64,000 nt of DNA from Candidatus Borrarchaeum weybense (GCA_019057385.1 JAHQJS010000004.1:192001-256000); one strand, 5' to 3'; shown: positions 47,299-58,231, numbered from the stretch's first letter. Notes: generated by a model not told the origin, from the letters alone. Made by a program: numbers and translations.

Positions 47299-48297
47299 AT
47301 GTCAAATATGAAGGATCTCTTACCTAATGTAGTTGTATTAGGTGCCCAGAAATGTGGGACAACTTGGTTATTCAAAAATTTACAAAATCATCCAGACATT
47401 TTAATACCACGAAAAGAGATCCATTACTTCACTAGACATCATTTAAAAGGGATTGAGTGGTATTCGAATTATTACAAAGACGCCTATAATGGGCAGAAAA
47501 TTCTAATGGACATAGCAACAAACTATCTTTATGATCATGATTATTTTAGACGATATATGCTTACTTATCACAGAAATATTGCAAAAGAGATTTACAATAC
47601 ACTAAATGAACCAAAATTGATATTAATGGTCAGAGATCCAATAGATCGAGCATTTTCGCAATATATCAACTTATTACAAGAATCAATTACTTATGGTGCG
47701 ATATATAGTGGTAAAATTAAACCAATTGATTCTCCAAAAGCTAGAAAAATGGGGTTTAAATATCCTAAACACTGGCCGTTAGGTTTTAAATTACAAGACC
47801 GTGATGCTTTTTTTTATGTGCCAGATACGTTTGAGAAAGCAATAATTACTCATCCTTATCTAATTACGCGTGGCTTTTTTGCTACTTATGTGAAAAAATA
47901 TTTAGAGTATTTTACGAAAGATCAATTTTTATTTTTAGAATTTGATATGCTAAAAAAGAATCCAAAAGGGCTTCTAAATTCTGTCTACGATTTTTTGGGA
48001 ATAGATAGGTATTATAATGAGGAATTTCTATACAAGAGAATCAATCCAGCAAGTAAAAGAAAAATTGTTAGAAATTGGAGTTTAGAATCATATATAGTAC
48101 GGATTCTGAGAGAAGAAACTATTCCAAGCACATTTAAAATCCCTTTAAAAATTCTATCGAAATTGAATTTGGCTTTAAGTAAGAAAGAAAAACCTAAACC
48201 AAAAAAAGAAACGATAAAAATACTGTCTAGATGGTTTAAGCCACATAATCTAGAATTGGAAAGAATTACTGGCCTAAATTTAAGTCATTGGAAATGA
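47299..48297 (+). CDS. PAPS-dependent sulfotransferase (heparan-sulfate ST-like motifs)
   Basis: LPNVVVLGAQKCGTT, HP, KEIHYF, RDPIDRAFSQY, LSHW. Confidence 0.9.
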   Translation: MSNMKDLLPNVVVLGAQKCGTTWLFKNLQNHPDILIPRKEIHYFTRHHLKGIEWYSNYYKDAYNGQKILMDIATNYLYDHDYFRRYMLTYHRNIAKEIYNTLNEPKLILMVRDPIDRAFSQYINLLQESITYGAIYSGKIKPIDSPKARKMGFKYPKHWPLGFKLQDRDAFFYVPDTFEKAIITHPYLITRGFFATYVKKYLEYFTKDQFLFLEFDMLKKNPKGLLNSVYDFLGIDRYYNEEFLYKRINPASKRKIVRNWSLESYIVRILREETIPSTFKIPLKILSKLNLALSKKEKPKPKKETIKILSRWFKPHNLELERITGLNLSHWK

Positions 48298-48411
48298 AAA
48301 GACCCAATTATTGTTTACTTCATCAGAAAGAAAAGTGAAGAAATGTTCAGTAGCATTCTGGTTATATAGGGCAAATCTTACAGATACTCGATCGAAAAGG
48401 AAAGATAATGA

Positions 48412-49335
48412 ATGTTGCCAAATTTCTTAATCATAGGTGCACAGAGATCTGCTACCACTTTCGTACATAAATGTTTAGAAGATCATCCCGATATTTTTAT
48501 GCCTCCAAAAGAAAAGGCCTTTTTCGAGAATCCATATTTCTTTCAAAAAGATTTTAATGAATTTGAAAAATTATTTGAAAACTTATCTCAAAAAGCAATT
48601 GGAATCAAACGTCCTAACTATTTAGGTAAAATAGAATGCCCAGAAAGAATCTATCGATATATTCCAAATGCTAAACTTATAGTGATACTTCGAAATCCTG
48701 TAGAGAGAGCGATATCCGCTTATTTTCACCAGATGAAATCAGGTTTTATTCCAATAAAGCCTCTGGAAAAAGGATTACTCAATGTAATTAACCGAAAATA
48801 CTACAAATTGTATCCTAGATCCAAAGAAATTATTGAGTTCGGTTTTTATTATAAGCATTTGATGCATTACTTACATTATTTTAAAAAAGATCAATTATTA
48901 GTAATTATCTATCGTGATCTCAAGGCGAATCCACTTAAGACAATTCAACATATTTTCAGGTTTCTTAAAGTTGATGAGAATTTCATTCCAAAAACATTAC
49001 AAAGCAAACAAAATCCAGGTGTGTACTCGCTCACAAGGCTCAGACTACTCAATATCCGTCATCGATTTGTTTCAATTTATAATGAAGACAAAACCGCAAG
49101 ATATGGTAAGAAACAAAAAACAGTCTTAGATAGACTAATTGATAAACTAATTCTTTTAATTGATAGAAAATTACTCTTTCAAATTTGCAAAAACTCGAGG
49201 TTAGAGTTAAGTGCAAAACTTTCTAGAAGCCTATTCAAGATATATGAAGAAGATATCAATGGGCTGGAAGTTTTTTTAGGTAGAAAATTAACATATTGGA
49301 AGTCGTACTCGTTAATGCAAGATGTCAACAAGTGA
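48412..49335 (+). CDS. PAPS-dependent sulfotransferase (heparan-sulfate ST-like motifs)
   Basis: LPNFLIIGAQRSATT, KE..FF, LRNPVERAISAY, FG.Y...L..Y. Confidence 0.9.
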   Translation: MLPNFLIIGAQRSATTFVHKCLEDHPDIFMPPKEKAFFENPYFFQKDFNEFEKLFENLSQKAIGIKRPNYLGKIECPERIYRYIPNAKLIVILRNPVERAISAYFHQMKSGFIPIKPLEKGLLNVINRKYYKLYPRSKEIIEFGFYYKHLMHYLHYFKKDQLLVIIYRDLKANPLKTIQHIFRFLKVDENFIPKTLQSKQNPGVYSLTRLRLLNIRHRFVSIYNEDKTARYGKKQKTVLDRLIDKLILLIDRKLLFQICKNSRLELSAKLSRSLFKIYEEDINGLEVFLGRKLTYWKSYSLMQDVNK

Positions 49336-49455
49336 CACCTGTATTTTAACAGAATGAAGCAAAGGATTTTATTACATCTTTCAATTGTTATACCGAAGAT
49401 ATTTATGGTGATATAAGGGAACAACTTAGATGTTTAAAGGATTTCTATTTGTTAT

Positions 49456-50331
49456 TTGCGAAATCTAAGTTATTGGAAGAGGAAAATGGAGATCAATAGA
49501 TTTCTTTGTCAGATTAACAAGCATATTGTTAGAACACAAGTTAAGAACAAGAAGTCTAAAAAAATTACAATTGTATTAGACCGACTCACTTCATTTCCTT
49601 GGAAAGGCTTATACACTAAATTGAATCCGGAAAGAAAATTTATTATTAGAGTGGATGATTACCCTCGCTTAGATCACAAATTCGACAATTTTAAAAGATT
49701 TCATTTACTTACAAAGAAATATAAAATAGATTACTTGCTGTGTGTTACTCCATTTGAGAAGTTTTATGGTAGAGAAATTGACTTTCTCAATTCTGAATAT
49801 TTTGATTTTTTATTAAAAGAACACATAGAATTCGGGTTACATGGGTTCACGCATCAGAGAAGAAAAGATAAGAGCGAATTATTACTAATGGGAATTCAGA
49901 AACTGAGAAAAAGAGTTTTAAAAATATTGAACATGTTTTCTGAATATTCTAATTTCAGAAAAGTATTCATTCCGCCCTTTAACCAGATAGATTATGATAC
50001 ATTTATTGAATTATCAAGACATTTTGAAATAGTGACTGGTGGTCCTGAGTCATTATATTTATTTGGCGCTTATCCACCAATGATACTAAATGGTTGCGCT
50101 TATATGCCCTCTTATTACGGTTTTTATGGTCGTTCAGAGCGAATCAATGAATTTCTAAAAAATAGGACATATTTCAATAATCTCATGCCCATCACGTTAC
50201 ATTGGGCATGGGAATGCAAAGATAATTACGAAAACTTGAATAATCTCCTAAAAAACTTTAGTAGGAAAACGAGAACTTGGAAAAACTTCATAGAAACTCT
50301 AACAGACCATAAACATCTTAAGAGGGCGTAG
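49456..50331 (+). CDS. Polysaccharide deacetylase-like protein (CE4/DUF2334)
   Basis: IIRVDD, GLHGFTH, SE, FIPPFN, ITLH. Confidence 0.8.
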   Translation: MRNLSYWKRKMEINRFLCQINKHIVRTQVKNKKSKKITIVLDRLTSFPWKGLYTKLNPERKFIIRVDDYPRLDHKFDNFKRFHLLTKKYKIDYLLCVTPFEKFYGREIDFLNSEYFDFLLKEHIEFGLHGFTHQRRKDKSELLLMGIQKLRKRVLKILNMFSEYSNFRKVFIPPFNQIDYDTFIELSRHFEIVTGGPESLYLFGAYPPMILNGCAYMPSYYGFYGRSERINEFLKNRTYFNNLMPITLHWAWECKDNYENLNNLLKNFSRKTRTWKNFIETLTDHKHLKRA

Positions 50332-50484
50332 TCAAAAAATAGCGAAGATAATGCTATATATGAATACATCATTCTTGTCGTCGATTGAGATCATTATTAA
50401 CAGCTAACTGCCGTTTATATTTATGACTAAGATTTACTTGAATCAAGACTAATTAGGTTAGAATGATGAAAGGGGAATATCTTA

Positions 50485-51726
50485 TTGGACAAGATCTCTA
50501 TTAAATCTCTATGCTGGCTGTATCAAATATACTATGGTGGTGTCGAGAATAGAGCTTACAATATGGCAGCCTTTCTATCACGATTTGCGAATGTAGAATT
50601 CCTTTTTGCAAGACCATTTATTTCCGATAATACTTTTCAGAGATTTTTTCCAAAAAAAGTTAAAATTAGAGTACATAAGATAGCTCCGTTTCTATTAAAA
50701 TTTGCTGATATAGAATTTTTGTTTGCAAGACCAATTTATTCCAATACAAGTTATCAGAATAAAGCCAATCTCAGATACAGACCTATACAAATCTATTTTA
50801 ATCCCTATAAGGTTTATAGAAAAGATTTCTGGGAAGACTTCTTTATAAAAAAGGCGACAATGTATCTAAATAGAGAAAAACAAAATATAGATCTAGTAAT
50901 AGGACATGGTTTAAATGCAATCCCTGGCATTAACGTGGGGCTACCTACTGTAACTACAATGCATGGAGTAGATCGCTGGATATCAAATCCGCCAAAACTG
51001 AGAAAAATTCTTTTAAGAAAGTCGAATAAGATAATAGCGATAACAAAAAGGGTACAATCACAGTTGATAGAAAAAGGGGTGGATGAAAAAAAAATATCAG
51101 TCATTTATAATGGCGTTGACTTTAATGATATCGATAATACAAAACTTAAATCAAAAGATTTCTTGGAAAAATATGGTATAAATCCTGATAAAAGAATAAT
51201 TCTTTCAGTCCATAATTTCAATAAAGTAAAAAACACGATGAGAATCATACAGTCTTTCATTAATATAAAAAGAGGTTATGATGACTATCAACTGGTATTT
51301 ATTGGTGACGGCCCTGAAAAGCGGTATTACGTTAACTATATCAAGAGAAAAAAGATTAAAGATGTTTACTTCATAGGAAAACTTTTCAAAACAGATCTCT
51401 ACCCCTTTTATAAGGTTGCCGATGTGTTCCTTATGCCGAGTTTAAGAGAAAGCTGGGGTATCGTTTTTTTTGAAGCAATGGCAGCAAAATGTGCAGTAAT
51501 TCTTAGTAAAAATTGTGGTGTTACAGAAATCATAGAAAATAACAAAGATGGGATAATTGTCGATCCAAATAGCCAGCCAGAGATTGATAATGCATTAAAA
51601 ACTCTGATAGATGATGATGAGTTTAAAAAACAGTTAGGAGAAAATGGATACAAACTTGCTCGGACATTGGACTGGGAGAATCAAGGAAAAATATTATGGA
51701 AGGAATTGCAAGAGTTTTTTAACTAA
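50485..51726 (+). CDS. GT4 glycosyltransferase with internal duplication
   Basis: GGVE, T.HG, YNGVD, IGDGP, PSLRESWGIVFFEAMA. Confidence 0.92.
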   Translation: MDKISIKSLCWLYQIYYGGVENRAYNMAAFLSRFANVEFLFARPFISDNTFQRFFPKKVKIRVHKIAPFLLKFADIEFLFARPIYSNTSYQNKANLRYRPIQIYFNPYKVYRKDFWEDFFIKKATMYLNREKQNIDLVIGHGLNAIPGINVGLPTVTTMHGVDRWISNPPKLRKILLRKSNKIIAITKRVQSQLIEKGVDEKKISVIYNGVDFNDIDNTKLKSKDFLEKYGINPDKRIILSVHNFNKVKNTMRIIQSFINIKRGYDDYQLVFIGDGPEKRYYVNYIKRKKIKDVYFIGKLFKTDLYPFYKVADVFLMPSLRESWGIVFFEAMAAKCAVILSKNCGVTEIIENNKDGIIVDPNSQPEIDNALKTLIDDDEFKKQLGENGYKLARTLDWENQGKILWKELQEFFN

Positions 51727-51827
51727 TTCGAGAAAGTTCACAAACAAATCAATACTTAAATATTTGAAGGAATTGGAGATAGATTGAAGGCTTGTTTACA
51801 AAATGTAGAAGGTAATGGTGATATCCT

Positions 51828-52775
51828 ATTCTCTCAATTATTGTCCCAACATTTAATCGAGCAAAGTATCTGAAGGCCACTCTTGAATCTTTACTTCAGC
51901 AAAAATATAAAGATTTCGAAGTTTTTATCGTCGACAACGGACCTTCAACAGACAAAACGAAGGAAATTGTAGAATACTCTGCTAAGAACGATAATCGTAT
52001 TCACTATCTTTCAATAACTCAGAAAGGGTGTATTTTTGCACGAAATATGGGCATTGAAAATGCAAAAGGAGAAATATTTTTAACTCTTGACGATGACGTT
52101 GAATTCTTAGAGCCAGATACTCTACAAAAACTCGTAAATACTTTTAAGTCAGATAATAAGATCGGAATTGTGGGATCTATTGAACTCAGGGAACCCAACC
52201 AAAGAGTTCCAAAAGGTCCAGATCCGCTTCCTGCTGAGACCGGTCGGATTTCTCAAAATGGTGAGTTCAATACGGCCTTTGGATGGATTGAAGGTCATGG
52301 AATTACTGAAGTAGATCACGTAAGGAGTGCATTCATGGCTATTCGAATGGATCTATTTAAATTAGTTGGCAGCTTTGATGAAATATATGATGCAATGGGG
52401 CTGGGATTTCGTTACGAAACTGACATTTGCATGAAAATTAAGAAAATTGGGTTCAAAGTCGTCGTGAATCCTGAAATTAAGATATGGCACAAAGTAGCAA
52501 AGCGTTCTCACGGATTTGAGAGAGGAAAAGGCTTTAAATACTTTTATTACGCGAATAGAAATCATATTTTTTTCATGAGACGGTTTTTTTGGAAGAAAAA
52601 CTCTTTTGAAAAACTTATAATGGATATTCTTAGAGGCACAAGGAGATGTCCAGGCATAAAACAAGGAATCATCAGAATGAGAAATGATTTCAATTTTATG
52701 TGGCCTATTTACATCCTTGCATCAATATCAGGGAAAATTCTAGGTTATTTGAGGTACTCAAAATATGGCTCTTAG
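51828..52775 (+). CDS. GT2 glycosyltransferase; N-terminus extends upstream of the ORF-track start (ATT start or frameshift)
   Basis: In-frame upstream ILSIIVPTFNR...FIVDNG.STD...ARNMG, then LDDD and ETD; in-frame TGA at 51819. Confidence 0.85.
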   Translation: MLSIIVPTFNRAKYLKATLESLLQQKYKDFEVFIVDNGPSTDKTKEIVEYSAKNDNRIHYLSITQKGCIFARNMGIENAKGEIFLTLDDDVEFLEPDTLQKLVNTFKSDNKIGIVGSIELREPNQRVPKGPDPLPAETGRISQNGEFNTAFGWIEGHGITEVDHVRSAFMAIRMDLFKLVGSFDEIYDAMGLGFRYETDICMKIKKIGFKVVVNPEIKIWHKVAKRSHGFERGKGFKYFYYANRNHIFFMRRFFWKKNSFEKLIMDILRGTRRCPGIKQGIIRMRNDFNFMWPIYILASISGKILGYLRYSKYGS

Positions 52776-54117
52776 AAAAATCTTGATTACTTGCGATAAT
52801 TATTACCCCGTCCCAGGCGGAATTCAGCAATATGTCCGAGGACTCGGATTAGAATTAAGTAAACAGGGGTACAAAATTAATATCTTGACAAGTTCGGTTG
52901 AAGGTCAACGCAAAAGAGAAAAAATGCCAGAAGGACATGTCATTAGAACATCACTAATGAACAATGCGATATGGCATCCAGAAATTGTTTTATCAAAATG
53001 GAAACAACTTGCATCGCTAATTAGTTCAATTAAACCAGATATAGTACTTGCTAACAATCATGCATCAGTAGCAATTATCAAAGCGGCGAAATCTTTAGGA
53101 ATTCCAGTTATCCATTGCTGTCGGGGGTGGGGGTTACTTTGTCCTTTAAAGGTTAGGTTGATTAAACCAGAAACTGATGAACTTTGTTTCAATGAACGAT
53201 CATTTGAAAATTGTTCAGTATGTGCTAAGAGAAAAGGGAAGCTTTTTGAGTATAGTGATAAACTAGAACATTCAAAACAGGAGCTTTTCTATGGAAATCA
53301 GATTTCTTTGAAACGAAAATTGAAATTGTTATTAAATTGCGTTTCTCCTATTCCCATTCCTAAACTAAAAGCGATGCTTTCTTTAAAGGCGCTCAAATCC
53401 TTGATAGATCGCTATGACCAGTATCAATTAATTCTAGAATCTGCAGACAGAGTTATATCTCTTTCAAAAATGTATTGTTCCTTTTTTGATTCTAAAAAAG
53501 CAGAAGCAATACCTACAGGCATAGATGAAGAATTTTATCATCCAGTTGATGAAACTTCATTTCTAAATAAACTCAATATAATAGAACCATATGTTCTTGT
53601 TACGAGCCGTATTCATCATAATAAAGGTCAAAAATGGGCTGTTGAGGCGCTGAAATATCTATCTACTGATATAAAACTAGTCCTAGCTGGCAAACTTAAA
53701 AACAATATACACACCAGAGAGATTGTTGAAACAATAAAGCAGTTAGATCTTGAGGACCGGGTTGTTTTTACCGATTTTCTAATGCCGAAAGAGTTGAAAC
53801 AATTATATTCAGGGGCTATCGCAACAATCGTTCCTTCAATATGGGCTGAGCCTTACGGACAAGTTACTATTGAAGCAATGGCTTGTGCTTGCCCAGTGAT
53901 TATTACAGAGAATTCTGGTTCTGCTGAAGCCGTGGATGACGGAGTTGATGGTTATATAGTTCCACGAAAAGATTCAAAGGCAATTGCTTGTGCAATAAAG
54001 ATGATACAGAAGAAACGTGATGAGTTCGGACAGAAAGCACGTGAAAAAATCCTGAAAAAATATGCTTGGCCAATTTTATCAAAAAAAATAATCGGGATTT
54101 TTCGCGAAGTATATTGA
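52765..54117 (+). CDS. GT4 glycosyltransferase with Cys-rich insertion
   Basis: YYP..GGI, LLCP...C...C..C, PSIWAEPYG.V.IEAMAC. Confidence 0.9.
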   Translation: MALRKILITCDNYYPVPGGIQQYVRGLGLELSKQGYKINILTSSVEGQRKREKMPEGHVIRTSLMNNAIWHPEIVLSKWKQLASLISSIKPDIVLANNHASVAIIKAAKSLGIPVIHCCRGWGLLCPLKVRLIKPETDELCFNERSFENCSVCAKRKGKLFEYSDKLEHSKQELFYGNQISLKRKLKLLLNCVSPIPIPKLKAMLSLKALKSLIDRYDQYQLILESADRVISLSKMYCSFFDSKKAEAIPTGIDEEFYHPVDETSFLNKLNIIEPYVLVTSRIHHNKGQKWAVEALKYLSTDIKLVLAGKLKNNIHTREIVETIKQLDLEDRVVFTDFLMPKELKQLYSGAIATIVPSIWAEPYGQVTIEAMACACPVIITENSGSAEAVDDGVDGYIVPRKDSKAIACAIKMIQKKRDEFGQKAREKILKKYAWPILSKKIIGIFREVY

Positions 54118-54120
54118 AAA

Positions 54121-55533
54121 GTGATCATGATAGCGAAGTATTTTCGTTTAAAAATTTTGAAGAGAAGGAAAGTAAGAATGAGCAAAATCATTAGGGTTTT
54201 TCTAAAAAGAATAGATCGGATTGTACAGACTTTTTGTTTAAAAAGACGCGAACTACATACGATCCTTTTCATAATTACTGTTAATTTCTTGTATTTCCTC
54301 ATTGTGTTTTTAAGTTATTTCTTAATATTAGATGGGAGGTGGGCATTTTACGGAAACCCGCTTGCATGGCTTGCTGAATGGATTGATTATAATACAATTT
54401 TAAGAAAAGCAGTTTCAAATCAGTTTACTTCATTGAGGTTTCCTATCTTAGGTTCATTATATCTATATTTGGTTGGACGCGCTGCTCTTATCAGCAGCAC
54501 CTTGGTTTCTTCAGTTCTTTTACGTCCAATTTTCTATTTATATATGGGTCTATTTAATGTACTTTTTGAGATTATTACCGTTATTTTAACAATGAGGCTT
54601 GTTTCTCGCTATTTTGGACAGATTTATGCCTCTAATATCACATTCATCTTCATTTTATTACCAATAGTATGGTGGACAACGATTTGTCGATGGGATCTGC
54701 TTCCCTTAGCTCTTACAGTTTGTACTATATATTTTGCAGTGGAAAATAAGGCTTGGTATGCGTGGTCCTCGCTTACTATTGCCGTTTTGGCGAAATTATA
54801 TCCAATAATTTTCGCAATTCCCTTATTGTTTTATTACTTCGAAAAAAACGGTGCTAAAAAAACGTTAATTTATGTATCGAGCATGATCATCGTGACAGTG
54901 CTTATTTATATTCCATTTTACTTAATTTACGGATGGAATATTTTTAATGGAGTTTCTCAGAATATAATTGTAAATGCTTCTCGATCTTCAATTTGGTATT
55001 GGATTTCTATCTTATGCGGAGAAAAAGAAAAAGCTTTATTATTTTCAGTCTCAGGTTATATTCAAGCAGCGGTTATTTTCTCATATGTTCTTTTGGATTA
55101 TTTTCATGAAAGAAATCAAGAGAACCCACTAACTGTAGATAAGGCCCTACTAAAAAGGTGCTCAATTGTTATTTTACTTTTTTTGGTGACCTTTAAGTTT
55201 AGTAAACCACAAGGCATAATGTATGGATTGCCATTAGTAATATTTTTCAGTAATAGCTTTAAAAAGTTCTTTTATTTTCTTATATGGCTTATAACTTTGC
55301 ATGTAGTTGCGTATCCGAGAATTATGATTTACGCATATTTGAGGGTTAAACCTTCGCTTACAATATATATTCTTATTGGGATCGCATTCCTTACTCTTTA
55401 TACAGCAGTTGTTGCTCTAATTCTTTTTAACAAAAATCTATTTGAAAATGACATTCAAATTTTGAGTGAAAGAGATTTCATAATAGAGTTACACAATTAT
55501 GTAAAAAAGATTAAGAAATTTCTAATGAAATGA
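54121..55533 (+). CDS. GT-C membrane glycosyltransferase (GT87/PIG-M-like); start uncertain
   Basis: RWDLLP, AVLAKLYP, PQ; multi-TM. Confidence 0.7.
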   Translation: MIMIAKYFRLKILKRRKVRMSKIIRVFLKRIDRIVQTFCLKRRELHTILFIITVNFLYFLIVFLSYFLILDGRWAFYGNPLAWLAEWIDYNTILRKAVSNQFTSLRFPILGSLYLYLVGRAALISSTLVSSVLLRPIFYLYMGLFNVLFEIITVILTMRLVSRYFGQIYASNITFIFILLPIVWWTTICRWDLLPLALTVCTIYFAVENKAWYAWSSLTIAVLAKLYPIIFAIPLLFYYFEKNGAKKTLIYVSSMIIVTVLIYIPFYLIYGWNIFNGVSQNIIVNASRSSIWYWISILCGEKEKALLFSVSGYIQAAVIFSYVLLDYFHERNQENPLTVDKALLKRCSIVILLFLVTFKFSKPQGIMYGLPLVIFFSNSFKKFFYFLIWLITLHVVAYPRIMIYAYLRVKPSLTIYILIGIAFLTLYTAVVALILFNKNLFENDIQILSERDFIIELHNYVKKIKKFLMK

Positions 55534-55548
55534 AGAAGAACCTAAAGG

Positions 55549-57267
55549 ATGTTTATAATGAAGTTAGAGAAATACGATAGAAATATGCTTTTGGTCGTTA
55601 TAATTAGCACGTTTATCAATTTTTTAGCCCATGTTTATGATTATGTCTTCTACAAAGGCAATTTCGTCGTTAATGGTTTTAGTGCTTATTATGATGTTCC
55701 CGAACATTTGCTTTATACGATGGAACTTCTAAGAAGTGAACATCCCTTTCCAAATCCAATGGCTGCTGGCTTCGCGATAAATTACCCGATAGGTCTTCCC
55801 CTTCTGATTGCAATTTTTGTAACAATAACTGGGGCTCCTGTTCTCCAGGTATTTAGAGTTTTTTCCATCATTTTAAATATTTTTATTGGATTAACAAGCT
55901 ACATAATGGTCTCTTCACTTTTTAAAAACAAAAGAATAGGTTGCTATACTACATTTTTCATTCTCTTTTCAGGTGGATTTTTTTGGACCACCTATTTATT
56001 CCCGATCTTGAATTTAGGCCAAAGTGGATTTTTATACGAATTCCTGAGAGTGGAGTACAACTATTATACTTCTTTGATCAGTGTCAACCTTTTTAGACCT
56101 TTGTCAAGAACTTTCGGATTCGGACTATTTTGTTTTTATTTTTATTTTCTAAACATGTTTTTAAAATCAAAGAAAATTAAGTATATGCTTCTTAATGGGC
56201 TCCTATTAGGCATACTGCTTAATACATCGCCTGGCATGATAATTGAACTCTTTATTTTATCAATAATGGCTTTATTGTATTTTAAACCGCCTCTAAATAA
56301 TAGCTTAAGATATTTTTTAACATTACTAATTTCATTATTCCTGTTTTCTATCCCATTATCTTTTGAACTTGTCGCCGGGGCTTTGACAGGTAAAACAATA
56401 GTAGGTGTTGGTAGGTATCTATCTCCCCTGTTCTATTTGCCATTTTTTGGGATCGCTTTTTTTTTAATGATCATTGGTGTGCTATTCTATCCAATGAAGG
56501 AAAAAAAGATCAGAGATTTTTTTCTTTTATGGCTAGCTATTGCGTTAATTCTCGCTAATATTCCCCTCATTGGGACAACATATCAGGCAGCCATAATTGC
56601 TTTATTACTAGCGAATACACATGTTTTTACATTATTACTAAATATTCCCGTCTATATATTTTCTAGTTTAGGTTTAGTCAAAATTCTTGATTTAAAACCA
56701 GTTAGATGGCCAATGAGATGGTTCAGCTTTAAACGTTACGGAATTCTTCTTGTAGTACTAACTTGTTGCTTTTCCACATTACTATTAATTTACATTAGAG
56801 GCTACAAAATACGCGCAGGAAGTATGGCAACCGAAGAAGAATATAATGCGCTAATGTGGGTGCGTAAGAATACCAAAAAAGATGACTTATTCTTGACATT
56901 CCATTATATAAATATGGAACAAACAGAAATTCGAGGAAAACTTGTCAGAGCTGGTAGAGGTCATTCATGGGTTACAATCATTGGCGAAAGGAGAGTTCTT
57001 TTGAATTTGAAGTCAGTATTTCTTTCAAGAGGAATTAATCGTAGTGAACTTGTTGTGATTGCATCTGACATTGATTTCATATATACCTCAACTAATGAAC
57101 AAAAAACCATTCAATTGCTAGAATCATATTCTGTTTCATATATCTATGTAGGACCAGATGAACAGGAACAATATGAAGTTGCTATGAACAAGTTTGGAAA
57201 TCAGAAATATTTTGATAATGTTTATCTGAATGATTTAGTTACGATTTACAAATTAAAAACCACTTGA
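55549..57267 (+). CDS. Multi-TM GT-C-like membrane protein with C-terminal soluble domain
   Basis: D..EH...PFPNP, A..WVR.NT..D, GERR, L..Y.V.YIYVG..E. Confidence 0.7.
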   Translation: MFIMKLEKYDRNMLLVVIISTFINFLAHVYDYVFYKGNFVVNGFSAYYDVPEHLLYTMELLRSEHPFPNPMAAGFAINYPIGLPLLIAIFVTITGAPVLQVFRVFSIILNIFIGLTSYIMVSSLFKNKRIGCYTTFFILFSGGFFWTTYLFPILNLGQSGFLYEFLRVEYNYYTSLISVNLFRPLSRTFGFGLFCFYFYFLNMFLKSKKIKYMLLNGLLLGILLNTSPGMIIELFILSIMALLYFKPPLNNSLRYFLTLLISLFLFSIPLSFELVAGALTGKTIVGVGRYLSPLFYLPFFGIAFFLMIIGVLFYPMKEKKIRDFFLLWLAIALILANIPLIGTTYQAAIIALLLANTHVFTLLLNIPVYIFSSLGLVKILDLKPVRWPMRWFSFKRYGILLVVLTCCFSTLLLIYIRGYKIRAGSMATEEEYNALMWVRKNTKKDDLFLTFHYINMEQTEIRGKLVRAGRGHSWVTIIGERRVLLNLKSVFLSRGINRSELVVIASDIDFIYTSTNEQKTIQLLESYSVSYIYVGPDEQEQYEVAMNKFGNQKYFDNVYLNDLVTIYKLKTT

Positions 57268-57580
57268 TTTAATGTAAAGACCCAAAACTGTGATATAGGC
57301 CTTTAAAATCTTGTTCTAGCAATAGAAGTCGTGATGAAGACAGCAGTTCATAAAGGAATCATGAAAATAGCCTTAAGTTTTGCTATACAGAATATAGAAA
57401 TCTAATGATTTTTTTTACTACTATAAAAGTGTTCATTTTCTCACCAACTTGAAAATGACATCGCAATTTAAATGAATAGATTTCATGGCGTAATTATATA
57501 ATTTTGTAAAGAGGATTAAATTCTTCATATTAAATAAGGAACTTGCTTCTTAACGTACCAATGTACCCATCCAAAGTGAT

Positions 57581-58231
57581 TTAGTCGGTATTTTGGCATA
57601 CAACAACCATCGCTGGAGCATAATTGCGCAAAAGTTTGGTTGGCAGGTGAAGGTAGTAACCACCAGGAAATAAAAACCTATAAATGCCACGCCACTTTTT
57701 AATCAAAAAATATTTTTCTGCCCAGTATAGCCAAAAGTTTCGTGATTTTTTGTGGACATGAGTTGGATCCTTGTCCATGATTTTAATCAATAGTCCTGTG
57801 GGACCGTCATAAACAGGAACTGAGAATATAAAGTGTCCAGAAGGACTCAAATTTGACTTCACAGCATTAATGACTTTGCTTAAATCCTCAATATGTTCAA
57901 TTACATCAAATGCGGTAATTATATCAAAGGAATGATTAAACGGAATTTTTTCAATGTCAGATTGAACCAGATTGGAGGAGATTTCTGGATTTTTCTGCTT
58001 CGCCTGAGAAATTGCATAATTACTTGTATCAATGCCAAAGCATTTATAGTGTGGGTGTAGTTTGGAAAGAAAGTTACCTAATCCACACCCCACATCTAAC
58101 ACAAATTGATTTCGCGTAGTAACTTCTTCTACTAGTTTGCAATAAAAAGCCATTTTGGTGGGGGGATTTTGTAAATCATAATTTTTATATACACAATGAA
58201 AGTATTCGGCATCAAACCTATGGTTTTTCAT
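57581..58231 (-). CDS. Class I SAM-dependent methyltransferase
   Basis: VLDVGCGLG, GID.S, FD.I.AFDVIEH, DPTH. Confidence 0.9.
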   Translation of the reverse strand: MKNHRFDAEYFHCVYKNYDLQNPPTKMAFYCKLVEEVTTRNQFVLDVGCGLGNFLSKLHPHYKCFGIDTSNYAISQAKQKNPEISSNLVQSDIEKIPFNHSFDIITAFDVIEHIEDLSKVINAVKSNLSPSGHFIFSVPVYDGPTGLLIKIMDKDPTHVHKKSRNFWLYWAEKYFLIKKWRGIYRFLFPGGYYLHLPTKLLRNYAPAMVVVCQNTD

